Positions 19,747-29,870 of a stretch of DNA of 64,000 nt are shown in pieces. Location: positions 1,466 to 65,465 of the forward strand of contig NZ_JBALDK010000059.1 in NCBI RefSeq assembly GCF_036917455.1, given 5' to 3'. Source of the stretch: Nostoc sp. GTDB lineage: Bacteria > Cyanobacteriota > Cyanobacteriia > Cyanobacteriales > Nostocaceae. The notes under the pieces were generated by a model. It saw nothing but the letters and a program-made list of their open reading frames with translations, was not told the DNA's origin and did no database searches. Numbering within the stretch: position 1 is the stretch's first letter; the number at the start of each line of letters is the position of its first letter. A program made the position numbers and the translations under genes.

Positions 19747-21567
19747 TTACTCCATCAAAATCAACCGTAGAGGATCTAAACGCACATACCAAGGAAAAGG
19801 CTGGTCTTTCATAGTCGCCCATTTTTCTTTGAAGACTTCAGCTTGCAGATGGTAATCTTGAGAATTCTTGCCAGCAGAATGTAATTTGAGAAATAATGTC
19901 ATTCGATGGGGCGTTTCACTTGTTCGTACTACCCAGCAGGGAAAGGTATTTTCCTGTGATGAGTCATTGGTAAAAATGAACTGATGGGCACGAATGCCGA
20001 TATGGGATAATTCGCTCTTGACTGGTTCAATTACTTGGAGACTACAACCCCAATCAGTCGCTTCCACCTGTTCTGATGACTGGAGAACAACGCGGGAAAA
20101 GTTTTTGCATCCGGTAAGTTGGGCGACACTAACGGTAGCAGGATGCTGGAAAATATCGTGTTTGGAGCCATAATGAACGGCTCTACCATGCTCCAATACC
20201 AACAGATTCGGGCAAATTCGATAAGCTTCTTCCATATTATGGGTGACAAATAGAGTCACACCTTGGTAGCCAGCTAGAGTTTCTGTCATTTGCTGTTCTA
20301 ATTGGCTACGTAGATGGGTGTCAAGTGCCGAAAACGGTTCATCCAAAAGCAATGCTTCCGGTTGACTTGCTAATGCTCTTGCCAAAGCTACTCGTTGTTG
20401 TTGGCCCCCAGAAAGTTGGTGCGGATAGCGATCGCCTAATCCTTGCAACTGCATCGCTATTAGTTGCTCCTCTACCTGCACTCGAATGCTCCCAGGCGAT
20501 AGTTTTTTGGGCAAGCCAAAAGCAATATTTTGCGCCACACTCAAATGGGGAAACAGGGCATAATTCTGCACTAAAAAACCGATGCGGCGATCGCGGCTGG
20601 GTAAATTAATTCCTTGTTCTGAGTCAAATAGGACTCTACCATTTAAAACTATACGTCCACTAGAAGGCGTTTCTATCCCTGCAAGGCAACGCAAAATCAT
20701 GCTCTTACCTGCTCCAGAACCCCCTAACAATCCTAAAGGTTGCTCATCAGAAGTAAAAGCAACTTTTAAATTAAAGCTAGAAAGTACTTTTTCAATGTTG
20801 ACTAATAATCTCCCATCACCGCTAGAGTGCGGAGTGTATAGAATTTCTCCCCCTGCTCCCCTCTCCCTGCTCCCCGCTCCCCGCTCTCCGCTCCCCGCTC
20901 CCCGCTTCTTTTCCCTCAATTCTTGCCAGAAGTTAACCCCAATAATTCCAGATAGAGAAATCACCATAATTGCGATCGCCCAAAACCACGCTTCGTTCAT
21001 TGCTCCCGCTTCCACAGCAAAATAAATTGCCATTGGGATTGTCTGCGTTTGTCCGGGAATGTTACCAGCTAGCATCAACGTCGCCCCGAATTCTCCCAAA
21101 GCACGAGCAAAAGCGAGCATTGTGGCGGCGACAATGCCGGGTAGTGCTAAGGGTAAACTGATGCGCCAAAAGATTGTGGTTTCATTTGCACCAAGGGTTC
21201 TAGCTACTCGCAGTAAGTTGCCATCTATTTGTTCAAAGGCTCCCAGTGCAGTTTTATACATTAATGGGAAAGAAACTACTGTGGCTGCGATCGCAGCACC
21301 ATACCAAGTAAAGACGATGCTGAAATCAAAAGTCTGCATGAGTTTCCCTACAGGGCCATTTTTGCCAAAAAATAGCAGCAACAAGAAACCGACAACTGTA
21401 GGCGGTAAAATCAGGGGCGCAATAAAGATACCCTCAATCAACGATTTACCTTTGCCACGATATCCCAGCATCCAGTAGGCAGCAGCAATACCCAAAAAGA
21501 AGGTGATAAATGTGGCAAGCAATGAAGTTTTGAGTGATATCCAAAAAGGCGATAAATCCAATGGCAT
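19747..21567 (-). CDS. modB: Molybdate ABC transporter permease/ATPase fusion (ModB-ModC)
   Basis: N-terminal ModB (LPPTVVGFLLL, RALGEFGATLM). C-terminal ABC ATPase with GSGAGKS, LSGGQQQRVALARAL, LLDEPF and VTH. Confidence 0.93.
   Translation of the reverse strand: MPLDLSPFWISLKTSLLATFITFFLGIAAAYWMLGYRGKGKSLIEGIFIAPLILPPTVVGFLLLLFFGKNGPVGKLMQTFDFSIVFTWYGAAIAATVVSFPLMYKTALGAFEQIDGNLLRVARTLGANETTIFWRISLPLALPGIVAATMLAFARALGEFGATLMLAGNIPGQTQTIPMAIYFAVEAGAMNEAWFWAIAIMVISLSGIIGVNFWQELREKKRGAGSGERGAGSRERGAGGEILYTPHSSGDGRLLVNIEKVLSSFNLKVAFTSDEQPLGLLGGSGAGKSMILRCLAGIETPSSGRIVLNGRVLFDSEQGINLPSRDRRIGFLVQNYALFPHLSVAQNIAFGLPKKLSPGSIRVQVEEQLIAMQLQGLGDRYPHQLSGGQQQRVALARALASQPEALLLDEPFSALDTHLRSQLEQQMTETLAGYQGVTLFVTHNMEEAYRICPNLLVLEHGRAVHYGSKHDIFQHPATVSVAQLTGCKNFSRVVLQSSEQVEATDWGCSLQVIEPVKSELSHIGIRAHQFIFTNDSSQENTFPCWVVRTSETPHRMTLFLKLHSAGKNSQDYHLQAEVFKEKWATMKDQPFPWYVRLDPLRLILME
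20847..20906. repeat. Heptamer tandem repeat (STRR) within the modBC linker
   Basis: Imperfect CTCCCCG/CTCCCTG units encoding RGAGSGERGAGSRERGAGGE. Confidence 0.85.
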
Positions 21568-21684
21568 AGTTGCGTAGGGAAAAATTAGCTTAACTAATCC
21601 CTAATTTACCAACTTTAGTTCCGAAACGTTGTTAAAAGTTGGTAAATTACCTAATAAAATCTTGAATCAAACGTACAGAAACAA

Positions 21685-21780
21685 GATCCCCGACATATTT
21701 TTACGAAGTCGGGGATCTGCGGCTTGCAATTCTCACAAATCAAAGCGGCTCCAGCCTATCTCAAAAGCTGGAGCCGCTTA
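21685..21780. repeat. Two adjacent GC-rich hairpins between the methyltransferase and modBC
   Basis: AGATCCCCGAC...GTCGGGGATCT and AAGCGGCTCCAGC...GCTGGAGCCGCTT. Confidence 0.6.
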
Positions 21781-21816
21781 CTCAAAAGCTTTAATTATTC
21801 ACGCCTACTTACTTAA

Positions 21817-22719
21817 TTAGTCCAGTTTAGTACTGTAGGCACTAAAACCATAAGCCAAGGTTTCTTTTAAAGCATCTGATGGTTTAAGACTTCTGTTAAT
21901 AGCATTAGCAAAGGGCACTGGAATTCCCTTAATAGTTTCCGGCAAAATTGCATATTCTTGTGTTGGTTCCACAATATATTGTGGGCACTTAGTTTGGATA
22001 CCAGCAGTCGCTAACATTTCATTTATTTCAGCAGAAGAATATTGCTTGAGATAAACTGGATTTCTTACAAATGGGTTCAGCCTTCTAATAAAATTGTGGA
22101 TAACATGAGAAGGACAAGACTTATTGTGAAAGGAATGATTAAAAACAAAAATTCCACCAGGTTTTAGGACACGAGATATATCAGCCAGCAAGCTTCTTAA
22201 TTGTGCATCTGGGATATGCATAAAGACGCAGTTAGAAATTACCAAATCTATAGAATTATCTTCTAAAGGTAATATTTCAGCAGAAGTGCAAATCAAGTTA
22301 AATTCAGCTTCTGGGAAAAAATTATATTCTTGTTTAACCTTAATTAACCGCCGCAATAAAGGTTCAGAAATATCAATACCGTAATATTTTTCGCATCTAA
22401 GATTTTTCGCTTTCGAGAGATGCAAAGGTGCGCGGCCATAACCAGAGCCAATTTCTAGAATAGAGCCAACAGATTTATTCAATGGAAATTTGTTCCAAGT
22501 CCCTCCAGGTGTGCCAGTTAGCAGAGTGTAATCTTGTTTAATGGGTGATGTATCTGCAATTTTTTCAATTTTTTGGGAACCATAATATGTTTTACCAATT
22601 GCATCCCATGTTTTTTTATGTTGAGTATTATTCAATTGTTCATAGTCACTAGGAAAATAAATACCATCTCGTAATTCAAAGTCATTTAGACTGAATTTTG
22701 TATTTGCTAATTGAGTCAT
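21817..22719 (-). CDS. Class I SAM-dependent methyltransferase
   Basis: ILEIGSGYGR, YYGIDIS, SIDLVISN and RVLKPGG. Confidence 0.88.
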   Translation of the reverse strand: MTQLANTKFSLNDFELRDGIYFPSDYEQLNNTQHKKTWDAIGKTYYGSQKIEKIADTSPIKQDYTLLTGTPGGTWNKFPLNKSVGSILEIGSGYGRAPLHLSKAKNLRCEKYYGIDISEPLLRRLIKVKQEYNFFPEAEFNLICTSAEILPLEDNSIDLVISNCVFMHIPDAQLRSLLADISRVLKPGGIFVFNHSFHNKSCPSHVIHNFIRRLNPFVRNPVYLKQYSSAEINEMLATAGIQTKCPQYIVEPTQEYAILPETIKGIPVPFANAINRSLKPSDALKETLAYGFSAYSTKLD

Positions 22720-22900
22720 TATGATTATTCCTCATCAATAGTTAAGTCTGTTTTCTGTTATACTCTCAACTCAGCATTAACCGCAAGGGATTTTTACTGA
22801 ACTGCATCCCCAAGAAAACCGCTATATTAATAACCTGTCACCCGATCGCAACACAAGTTCGTATACATTAGTTGATGGACAGCAACAATCGGAGGCTGGG

Positions 22901-24409
22901 ATGGTAGAAGGATCGCAACAAAAACGGGTGGTAGTTGTAGGTGCTGGTTGGGCTGGTTTAGGAGCAACCTACCATTTAGCAAAACAAGGCTATGATGTGA
23001 CCCTTCTAGAAGCAGGCCCCTATCCCGGCGGATTGGTGGCAGGTTGGCAAACAGCCGCCGGAAAATCTGTTGAAGCTGGGATTCATGGCTTTTGGTATCC
23101 TTACAAAAATATTTTTTCCCTAATCAATGAGTTAGAAATTAATCCTTTTACTACTTGGACTCGTTCTTCGCAATATTCGCCAGCAGGCTTAGAAGTTGAA
23201 TCCCCGATTTTTCAAGACTTACCGCGACTTCCGTCCCCACTAGGAACTTTTCTATATACTCAGTTTAAACGATTGCCACTAATTGACCGTCTGAGCGCCC
23301 TGCCTTTACTTTATGCTGTTGTTGATTTTGATAATTCTGATCAAGCTTGGCGACGCTATGACTTTGTAACTGCCCGTGAATTGTTCAAAGACTTTAATGT
23401 TTCTTTCCGACTTTACCGCGAGGCTTTTGAACCAATGTTATTAGTGGGCTTGTTTGCCCCTGGCGAACAATGTTCAGCCGCAGCAACTTTAGGAATGCTT
23501 TACTTTTTTATTCTGGCTCATCAGCCTGATTTTGATGTAGTTTGGTGTCGGGGAACTGTTGGAGAAAAGATATTTCGTCCTTGGGTGGAACGGATTGAAA
23601 AAGCTGGTGCGAGAGTATTGCCTAAGCGTCGGGTTACAGACTTAATTGTTGATAGTAATCAAGTCAAGGGTGTGGTTTGTGGTGATGAAGTAATTGAAGC
23701 AGATGCCGTAATTTTTGCGGTTGGAATCACCGGGATGAAGAAAATTGTCTCAACTAGCCCTAGTTTACAAAGCCGTGAAGAATTCCGTAATGTGAGCAAT
23801 TTAGGAGCAATTGATGTTTTAGCCACGCGACTATGGTTTGACCGCAAAGTTGATATTCCTCGTCCTTCTAATGCTTGTTTTGGATTCGATGCAAGTACAG
23901 GTTGGACGTTTTTTGATTTGAATGCTCTACATGATGAATATCGGGATGAACCGGGAACAGTAATTGAAGCTGATTTCTATCACGCGAATCAGTTTCTAGG
24001 TTTGAGTGATGAGGAGATTTTAGCAATAGTTCAGGGTTATTTAGCAACTTGTATACCAGCATTTCGGGAAGCAAAGATAATTGATAGCAGTGTAATTCGG
24101 CTACCTCAAGCGGTAACTCACTTTGCACCTGGCAGCTATCGTTATATGTTACCCGCGAAGACAAGTTTTGATAATGTGTTTTTGAGTGGGGATTGGATTG
24201 TGAACCGTCATGGTTCCTGGTCGCAGGAAAAGGCTTATGTTACTGGTTTAGAGGCGGCGAATTTGGTGGTGTCTTATTTGGGAGAAGGTCAGCCAGCTGA
24301 GATTTTAGCTGTAGAAGAGGATGAAGTGCATATCCAAGTAGCGCGATCGCTCAATCAAACTCTACGTGACTTGGGCAAATCTATCCTACCTAACTTTTGG
24401 TTGCCTTAA
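22901..24409 (+). CDS. FAD-dependent oxidoreductase (amine oxidase/carotenoid desaturase-like)
   Basis: VVVVGAGWAGL dinucleotide fold, EAGIHGFW and GDW...SQEKAYVTG. Confidence 0.85.
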   Translation: MVEGSQQKRVVVVGAGWAGLGATYHLAKQGYDVTLLEAGPYPGGLVAGWQTAAGKSVEAGIHGFWYPYKNIFSLINELEINPFTTWTRSSQYSPAGLEVESPIFQDLPRLPSPLGTFLYTQFKRLPLIDRLSALPLLYAVVDFDNSDQAWRRYDFVTARELFKDFNVSFRLYREAFEPMLLVGLFAPGEQCSAAATLGMLYFFILAHQPDFDVVWCRGTVGEKIFRPWVERIEKAGARVLPKRRVTDLIVDSNQVKGVVCGDEVIEADAVIFAVGITGMKKIVSTSPSLQSREEFRNVSNLGAIDVLATRLWFDRKVDIPRPSNACFGFDASTGWTFFDLNALHDEYRDEPGTVIEADFYHANQFLGLSDEEILAIVQGYLATCIPAFREAKIIDSSVIRLPQAVTHFAPGSYRYMLPAKTSFDNVFLSGDWIVNRHGSWSQEKAYVTGLEAANLVVSYLGEGQPAEILAVEEDEVHIQVARSLNQTLRDLGKSILPNFWLP

Positions 24410-24517
24410 TCCGTAGGGAGGCGAAGAGCGAATCAATAATTGTAATCTAAATTCGGTAAGCTAAAGAAAGCGATCGCGATATCATCCTTAGTAATGTAAA
24501 TCAAATCATATCAGCTT

Positions 24518-24883
24518 ATGGAGCCAGACTCTTTACAAACCGAGGTGATTCTGACACACCCGCGTGAGTCCCTCGGTAAAGTGCAACTTGATTGGACACC
24601 CCAACCCGGAAACTATCTTGATTTTCAAGGTAAAACCTACGCGGTTTTAGAACGCCGCCATAGATACCAACTCAGAGCAGGGCGCTACCATTTACACAAC
24701 ATTGCTATTTACGTCCAGTCTGCCAAACGACCATCTGAAAAAAGTTTGGTAGGTGGACGTTGGGTAATTGGCGATGCCACCTGTTGCTACAATGCTCATT
24801 CAGAACTCATTCGCTGTGCAGTCAACCCAGATGGCCCTTGCGAATCTTGCCGCTTTTATGAAAAGTTAGAAGTTACAAGTTAG
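24518..24883 (+). CDS. Conserved cyanobacterial hypothetical protein (DUF6464-like)
   Basis: C-terminal CCYNAHSELIRCAVNPDGPCESCRFYE. Confidence 0.65.
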   Translation: MEPDSLQTEVILTHPRESLGKVQLDWTPQPGNYLDFQGKTYAVLERRHRYQLRAGRYHLHNIAIYVQSAKRPSEKSLVGGRWVIGDATCCYNAHSELIRCAVNPDGPCESCRFYEKLEVTS

Positions 24884-24990
24884 GAGTTAAAAGTAGTTTT
24901 TCACGTTATTGAAGAGCCGTGTGAAAAAAAAGATTCAAGTACGGTTTTATAGCCGAGTCAGGAGGCTGACTTTCTGACTTAGTGACCCCC

Positions 24991-25992
24991 TCAACTCCCA
25001 CCACCAAAAACTTCCCCTACTGTTAAGCGGCTACCATTAACAAAATCCCATCCCGACTGGGGACGTTTACCTGCTAGCTGAACTTCTCGCAACAACAACA
25101 AACCTTCCCCAGTTTGAACGATCGCACCAATTCCTTTAACAATGCTGACTACAACTCCCGGTGTATCTGATATATTTGACAAATCAGGCAATTTATGGAT
25201 TAATTCTTGCAATTCTGGTGGGATGCGATCGCTTACAGAACCAAGAGGAACAGAAGCGGTGATTTTTAGCAAGTTGTCACGAAAGGTAGCCGTGCAGTTA
25301 GGGTAAAAACCTCTAATTTGATTGTGTAATTGGATCGCACTTTTTGACCAATCCAAACCATAATCTTCTTTTTGAATTAGAGGCGCATAAGTAGCTGCCA
25401 AATTATCTTGGGGTATTGGTTGAATTTCTTTACGTTCCAACTTCAGCAGAGTTTCCACTAAAAGATCCCCACCGATTTCTGCTAGTCTGTCGGCTAAATC
25501 TTGAGTATTATCCAGTAATCCGATAGGTGTAGTGGCTATTTGTAGCATTGGCCCGGTATCCATCCCCACATCCATTAACATGGTTGCGATCCCCGTTTCC
25601 TTTTCACCGTTATACAAACACCACTGAATCGGCGCTGCACCGCGATATTTGGGTAAAATCGAGCCATGCACATTAATGCAGCCCAATTTTGGCATCTTTA
25701 AGATTTTTGCCGATAAAATCTGTCCATAAGCGACAACAACAAACACATCTGCGTCTAATTGTTTGAGTTTGGTTAAAGTTTCAGTGTCTTTTTTCACCCG
25801 TTCCGGCTGCCATACTGGTAAGTTGTGAGCAGTAGCGATCGCTTTTATTGGTGTTGGTGTAAGTTTATTTCCGCGTTCCCGGCGTTTATCTGGTTGGGTG
25901 ACAACCGCCAACACCTCAAATTCTGAATGATTCAATAACTTTTCCAAGGTGGGTACAGCAAACTGCGGTGTACCAAAGAATACAATTTTCAT
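24991..25992 (-). CDS. fmt: Methionyl-tRNA formyltransferase
   Basis: [30 protein letters not shown] and MDVGMDTG. Confidence 0.97.
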   Translation of the reverse strand: MKIVFFGTPQFAVPTLEKLLNHSEFEVLAVVTQPDKRRERGNKLTPTPIKAIATAHNLPVWQPERVKKDTETLTKLKQLDADVFVVVAYGQILSAKILKMPKLGCINVHGSILPKYRGAAPIQWCLYNGEKETGIATMLMDVGMDTGPMLQIATTPIGLLDNTQDLADRLAEIGGDLLVETLLKLERKEIQPIPQDNLAATYAPLIQKEDYGLDWSKSAIQLHNQIRGFYPNCTATFRDNLLKITASVPLGSVSDRIPPELQELIHKLPDLSNISDTPGVVVSIVKGIGAIVQTGEGLLLLREVQLAGKRPQSGWDFVNGSRLTVGEVFGGGS

Positions 25993-26853
25993 TAATGATT
26001 TAGTTGTTAATCGTTAGTTATTAGTTAATGGTAAATAATATCGGCTGTTTGGTGGTACAATATTTTCGTATTAGTGAAACTGAAAGCCTACTTGATTAAC
26101 TTAATAGTTAAGTTTATAAGTGTAACAGGTAGCATAGAGGGCATCTGCGTTTAGTTAATCTAATGGTTTAGTGGTGTCTCGTCACGAGCCACTAGAGCAT
26201 CTACCAAGTGAATTTTATTGTGTTCCCGATATTTAACCCAAATTGGCATTAAATACAGTTGGGTTTCCAAAAAACTATTGCATATTCTAGCTATTTCTGT
26301 AGTTGAGATTGCAATTTATGACTTTGGGTTGCTGATAGCAATATTTTCTGAGTATGATTTATTATGCGTTTGCTTTCCCAGCTTTCCATGTAACGCCTCA
26401 CGTTTACCATCATGAGGGTTTGCGCTGTTATATTTAGTGTGTAACCTAGCTTGTTTGCTATGTACTAGCGATCGCTAGTACGATCCCCAATAACTAAGTT
26501 ATCTCACTTTTAATTGCCAGCATCATTGCCTCACATATAACTTGTAATATCCCTTGACTAATACCTATTTTTGGTTTGGTTAGGTATAACAACAGCAGGA
26601 TTATATATTGTGTAGTAATTACTGAGTTATCAGCATTTTTACTATACTCGCATATTTTTGCAAAAAAACATTCAGTACCTGAGTAATAAAAGGTGTGGAC
26701 AATGATACTTAATTTTTGTAAAACTCTGCAAACTTTGAAGGAAATATATCGTCAAAGTTTTTAGTTTCTTGTTATACATATAATTACTGCTTGCCCCATT
26801 GCCGCATAGGTATTGCTTCTCACATAGCAACCGCCCCTCTAGAGAGTCTACAA

Positions 26854-28170
26854 ATGCTTAAACCCCTTTTGCTGTCAGGATGGTTCCGCGCACAACCATT
26901 TCTAAATTACGTTGTCGTTGTGATACTGATTGCACCCTTGCTAGGGGCATCGGCTCACTCGTTCCCTGTAAAATCAGAAGTAGCTAAACTAACTTCGATA
27001 ACTGGAGATTCTGACTCTGTATCAAAGGAAATAGCTGTAGTTGAGGAACCTGAGATAGCTGAAATATCAAAAACAGATCAAATCAACTCATCAACAGAAG
27101 AATCCGATCCTGTACCAACTCAAAGTACTGCCGTTCACGAACCGCAAGTATTACCATCGAATAAAATTGAGTCTTTGGCTCAAGCAGATACTTATGTATC
27201 AAATAGCGACTTAACTTTTCCAAATACTTTGGCAGCAGTCGAACTTGCACCATTAACAGATGTTCCTGTTAGTCAGCTTAATCTAATACAAAAACTCAAA
27301 GCTGCTAATATCAAGTCTTTGAAAGGAAAAGAAAATTATCTCTCTAGAGATAAATCTTTGACCAAATCATTGATAGCAACTCAAATAGCCCCAACTCTTA
27401 AGGAATCACAACCAAGCACAACGACGGAAACACCTGCTGAACTAGTTGATGAATCCCAAGCAGAACAAATAGATCCTTTAGGCAGTCCTCATCCTATTCC
27501 TTGGAAATGGATTACAGCGACTCAAGAGGCTATTGGTTCCAAGGGTGGTTCTGGAGTCCGCCACTACCGCAGCGTACCGGTGGTTTCTCCTGATGGTAAA
27601 TATGCTGTTTATAGCCGAGTCCAATTAGAAGTAAAACCCGAAATGTACAACAGCCGTGTTACCAGCGTTCTGTTTGTTCAAGATATGCAAACTAAGAAGT
27701 TGTGGGTAATGGCTTCAACTACTCCTGTTAGCGATCCTTTATTAAAGGTAAAGGCTGTAAAGGCGGCATTGTCAGAAGAAACTGACACAAGTGGCAAAAT
27801 TGGGGTATTAGTTCCAGTAAGCTGGTCGGAAAAAGGCGATCGCTTCTTAGCACGCAAGTTTGAAGGTATATTTAACACAGGCGATTCTACAGATAGTGCA
27901 GTGATTTGGGATCGAGAAAAAAATCACGCCAATACAGTTGCTCCTGTGAGTGAGGAAGAACATGAAAAAATTGCCGTATTGTTAGGCTGGAGTAAAAGCC
28001 AACCAGATCGTGTATTATTCCGTGCAGGTGAATTGGGCGAAGAAAACTGGCCGCTAATGCAAGTTGCTAATGATGGTAAGACTATCACTACAACAAACGA
28101 CGATCAGCCGATTACTTTTGGTAAAAAGGTTACAGAAGTTTGGGCAGGCCCACAAGTTGCCTACCGATAG
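26854..28170 (+). CDS. Probable exported hypothetical protein (acidic linker plus a C-terminal propeller-like region; ORF extends to TTG 26791)
   Basis: Signal-peptide-like N-terminus; VVSPDGKYAVYSR and WSEKGDRFL. Confidence 0.7.
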   Translation: MLKPLLLSGWFRAQPFLNYVVVVILIAPLLGASAHSFPVKSEVAKLTSITGDSDSVSKEIAVVEEPEIAEISKTDQINSSTEESDPVPTQSTAVHEPQVLPSNKIESLAQADTYVSNSDLTFPNTLAAVELAPLTDVPVSQLNLIQKLKAANIKSLKGKENYLSRDKSLTKSLIATQIAPTLKESQPSTTTETPAELVDESQAEQIDPLGSPHPIPWKWITATQEAIGSKGGSGVRHYRSVPVVSPDGKYAVYSRVQLEVKPEMYNSRVTSVLFVQDMQTKKLWVMASTTPVSDPLLKVKAVKAALSEETDTSGKIGVLVPVSWSEKGDRFLARKFEGIFNTGDSTDSAVIWDREKNHANTVAPVSEEEHEKIAVLLGWSKSQPDRVLFRAGELGEENWPLMQVANDGKTITTTNDDQPITFGKKVTEVWAGPQVAYR

Positions 28171-28191
28171 TTTATAGAAAAATTTATATAC

Positions 28192-28226
28192 TCCCGTTGT
28201 CAGTAATGAAGACAACGGGATTTTTT
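28192..28226 (+). terminator. Intrinsic terminator
   Basis: TCCCGTTGTC / GACAACGGGA stem plus TTTTTT. Confidence 0.75.
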
Positions 28227-28448
28227 ATTATGTGGTAAATATTTTTGGCGTTCCTGAGTTTAGATAGCCTAAAAATAAGTGTAAAAGCGCAGATATGACA
28301 ACAGCGATCGCACTTTCTATCCCTGCTAAATCATGTTCCCAAGCCTCATAAATTGGCGAAGGTATTGCAAAAAATAAAACATTTCCTAATTACACATCCT
28401 ACTTTCTGATATTAAGTCATACAGAATTAAAATTAAAACTCTAAAGAC

Positions 28449-28739
28449 TTATTTATCACCCCTTTCCCATTCAGGGATGGCTCCTTTTACCCTACGGATG
28501 GGCAAATTAGCAATTAAAGCTGTAGTTCGTTGGTTGCTTTCTAAAGAGAACTCCAAGCCCTCTGTCTCAATTTCGACATAGCGACAGACTACATCTAGGA
28601 TTTCTTTCCGCATTTTTTCCAACGTTTGAGGATCTAAGTCAGCGCGATCGTGAGCAATCACCAATTGCAGGCGACGTTTAACTTGAGTTCGACTGCTATC
28701 AGGGCCGCGAGAAAAAAGTTTTTCTAGAAGTTCAATCAT
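28449..28739 (-). CDS. minE: Cell division topological specificity factor MinE (probable start 28739)
   Basis: [13 protein letters not shown] and LIANLPIRR; downstream of minD. Confidence 0.95.
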   Translation of the reverse strand: MIELLEKLFSRGPDSSRTQVKRRLQLVIAHDRADLDPQTLEKMRKEILDVVCRYVEIETEGLEFSLESNQRTTALIANLPIRRVKGAIPEWERGDK

Positions 28740-28775
28740 TACGAATAGGTCTGGCGCGAAGACTGGCAAAGTAAG

Positions 28776-29582
28776 TTAAACAATCTTAGTCCACAACAAC
28801 CTTCGTAGACGGGCGAAGATGCTGTCTTGGGACGAGTCGATCTCCAGAAATTCGACACTTTCTCCTTCTAATCTACGAGCAATGTTCTCAAAGGCTGTGG
28901 CAGCTAAAGAGGGATTTTCCGCTAACACTAAGGGTTCACCGCGATTGGTAGATACAATAACACGCTCGTCGTCAGGGATTACCCCGATCAGGGGAATGGC
29001 GAGAAGTTCCTGAACATCTTGCACTGACATCATATCATTTGCCTGCACCATTGCGGGTCTGATGCGGTTAATTATTAAATGAACACGCTTGATACCTTGT
29101 GCTTCTAGTAAACCAACTACCCGATCGGCATCACGAACTGAAGAAATTTCTGGCGTGCTGACAACTAGCGCTTCTTTTGCCGGGCCGATCGCATTTTTAA
29201 ACCCATTTTCAATCCCGGCGGGGCTATCGATGATCACGTACTGATATTTTTGTGCTAGGGCATTCACCAGTAACTTCATCTGTTCCGGTGTGACTGCATC
29301 TTTGGAGCGATTTTGGGCTGCCGGCAGGAGTACGAGATTGGGTTGGCGCTTATCTTTCACCAAGGCTTGTTCTAAGCGGCACTCTCTGGCCAAGACTTCT
29401 ACCGCAGTATAGACGATGCGGTTTTCCAGCCCTAGCAGCAAATCCAAATTTCTCAAACCAAAATCCGCATCAACCAAGGCAACTTGACGACCCATTTTGG
29501 CTAAAGCCATGCCCAGATTTGCCGAAACTGTGGTTTTACCCACTCCTCCTTTACCGGAGGTAATCACTATAATGCGAGTCAT
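28776..29582 (-). CDS. minD: Septum site-determining ATPase MinD
   Basis: SGKGGVGKTT, DADFGLRNLD, DSPAG and RDADR. Confidence 0.98.
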   Translation of the reverse strand: MTRIIVITSGKGGVGKTTVSANLGMALAKMGRQVALVDADFGLRNLDLLLGLENRIVYTAVEVLARECRLEQALVKDKRQPNLVLLPAAQNRSKDAVTPEQMKLLVNALAQKYQYVIIDSPAGIENGFKNAIGPAKEALVVSTPEISSVRDADRVVGLLEAQGIKRVHLIINRIRPAMVQANDMMSVQDVQELLAIPLIGVIPDDERVIVSTNRGEPLVLAENPSLAATAFENIARRLEGESVEFLEIDSSQDSIFARLRRLLWTKIV

Positions 29583-29715
29583 GATAGAAATGCGGTCAAT
29601 GAGGGTTCAGGAAATATAAAACTGTAAATTGCAGTATAAAGTATGAAGTATCGTATCAAGTATGAAGAAATATCTGATCTCCCTGATTCGGGCGAGGGAT
29701 AAATATTTTTTGATT

Positions 29716-29750
29716 GCGATGTCTGGCGACAAGCTGCTTTGCGTCTACGC
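29716..29750 (+). repeat. SDR5-like insertion (27 nt) in a HIP1 site
   Basis: GCGAT-[GTCTGGCGACAAGCTGCTTTGCGTCTA]-CGC. Confidence 0.65.
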
Positions 29751-29870
29751 TCGGTCGTGTGAAATACACAACGCTAGGGACAGGGATTAGAGTAGTGTAT
29801 TCCATCTACATGAAAACCGCTATATTTCATCCTTCATATTCTTCATATTTTAGGTAAATATTCAGGGCTA

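Noticed and set aside
26218-26415. 65-aa ORF and a possible degraded gene on the opposite strand
   Set aside because: No recognisable motif in any frame I translated, and interrupted by stops.
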